This document shows positions 63,973 through 64,000 of a stretch of 64,000 nucleotides of DNA, piece after piece (the stretch's first letter is position 1; every line of letters begins with the position of its first letter). The notes beneath the pieces are model-generated. The model worked only from the letters and a program-made list of their open reading frames with translations. It made no database searches and was not told the origin of the DNA. The translations under genes were made by a program, and so were the position numbers. This stretch comes from the human T2T-CHM13v2.0 reference genome, Homo sapiens, in the NCBI RefSeq assembly GCF_009914755.1, contig NC_060933.1; one strand, given 5' to 3'.

Positions 63973-64000
<28 letters not shown>
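63973..64000. repeat. (TG)n microsatellite running off the window
   Basis: Directly visible. Confidence 0.95.

Overview
AT-rich, repeat-dense primate (hominid-type) genomic DNA with no intact protein-coding gene. The long ORFs in the track come from L1, Alu or THE1. Repeats: 11 Alus, one full-length ~6.1 kb L1PA2/3-type LINE-1 (disabled; short 3' transduction, no TSD), a twin-primed 5'-inverted young L1, a 5'-truncated young L1, an older inverted L1PB-like copy, a complete THE1 MaLR element, several solo LTRs, a Charlie1 hAT transposon, MER3/MER33, and MIR/L2/L1M relics. Main hidden signal: about 17 AG..GT-bounded segments on the minus strand, from ~62 kb down to ~1 kb, mostly join in compatible phases. 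Their conceptual translation, read through stops and a few frameshifts, repeatedly gives RGS-domain-like motifs (e.g. HLV|FRKACEDF, ESFKGAKGSPG..MIDIER, PKTF*VLL..ANVEFIL). I infer a heavily decayed, non-processed (probably unitary) pseudogene of an RGS22/RGSL1-like multi-RGS-domain gene. The family call comes from eye comparison with remembered motifs and needs HMM/synteny confirmation.
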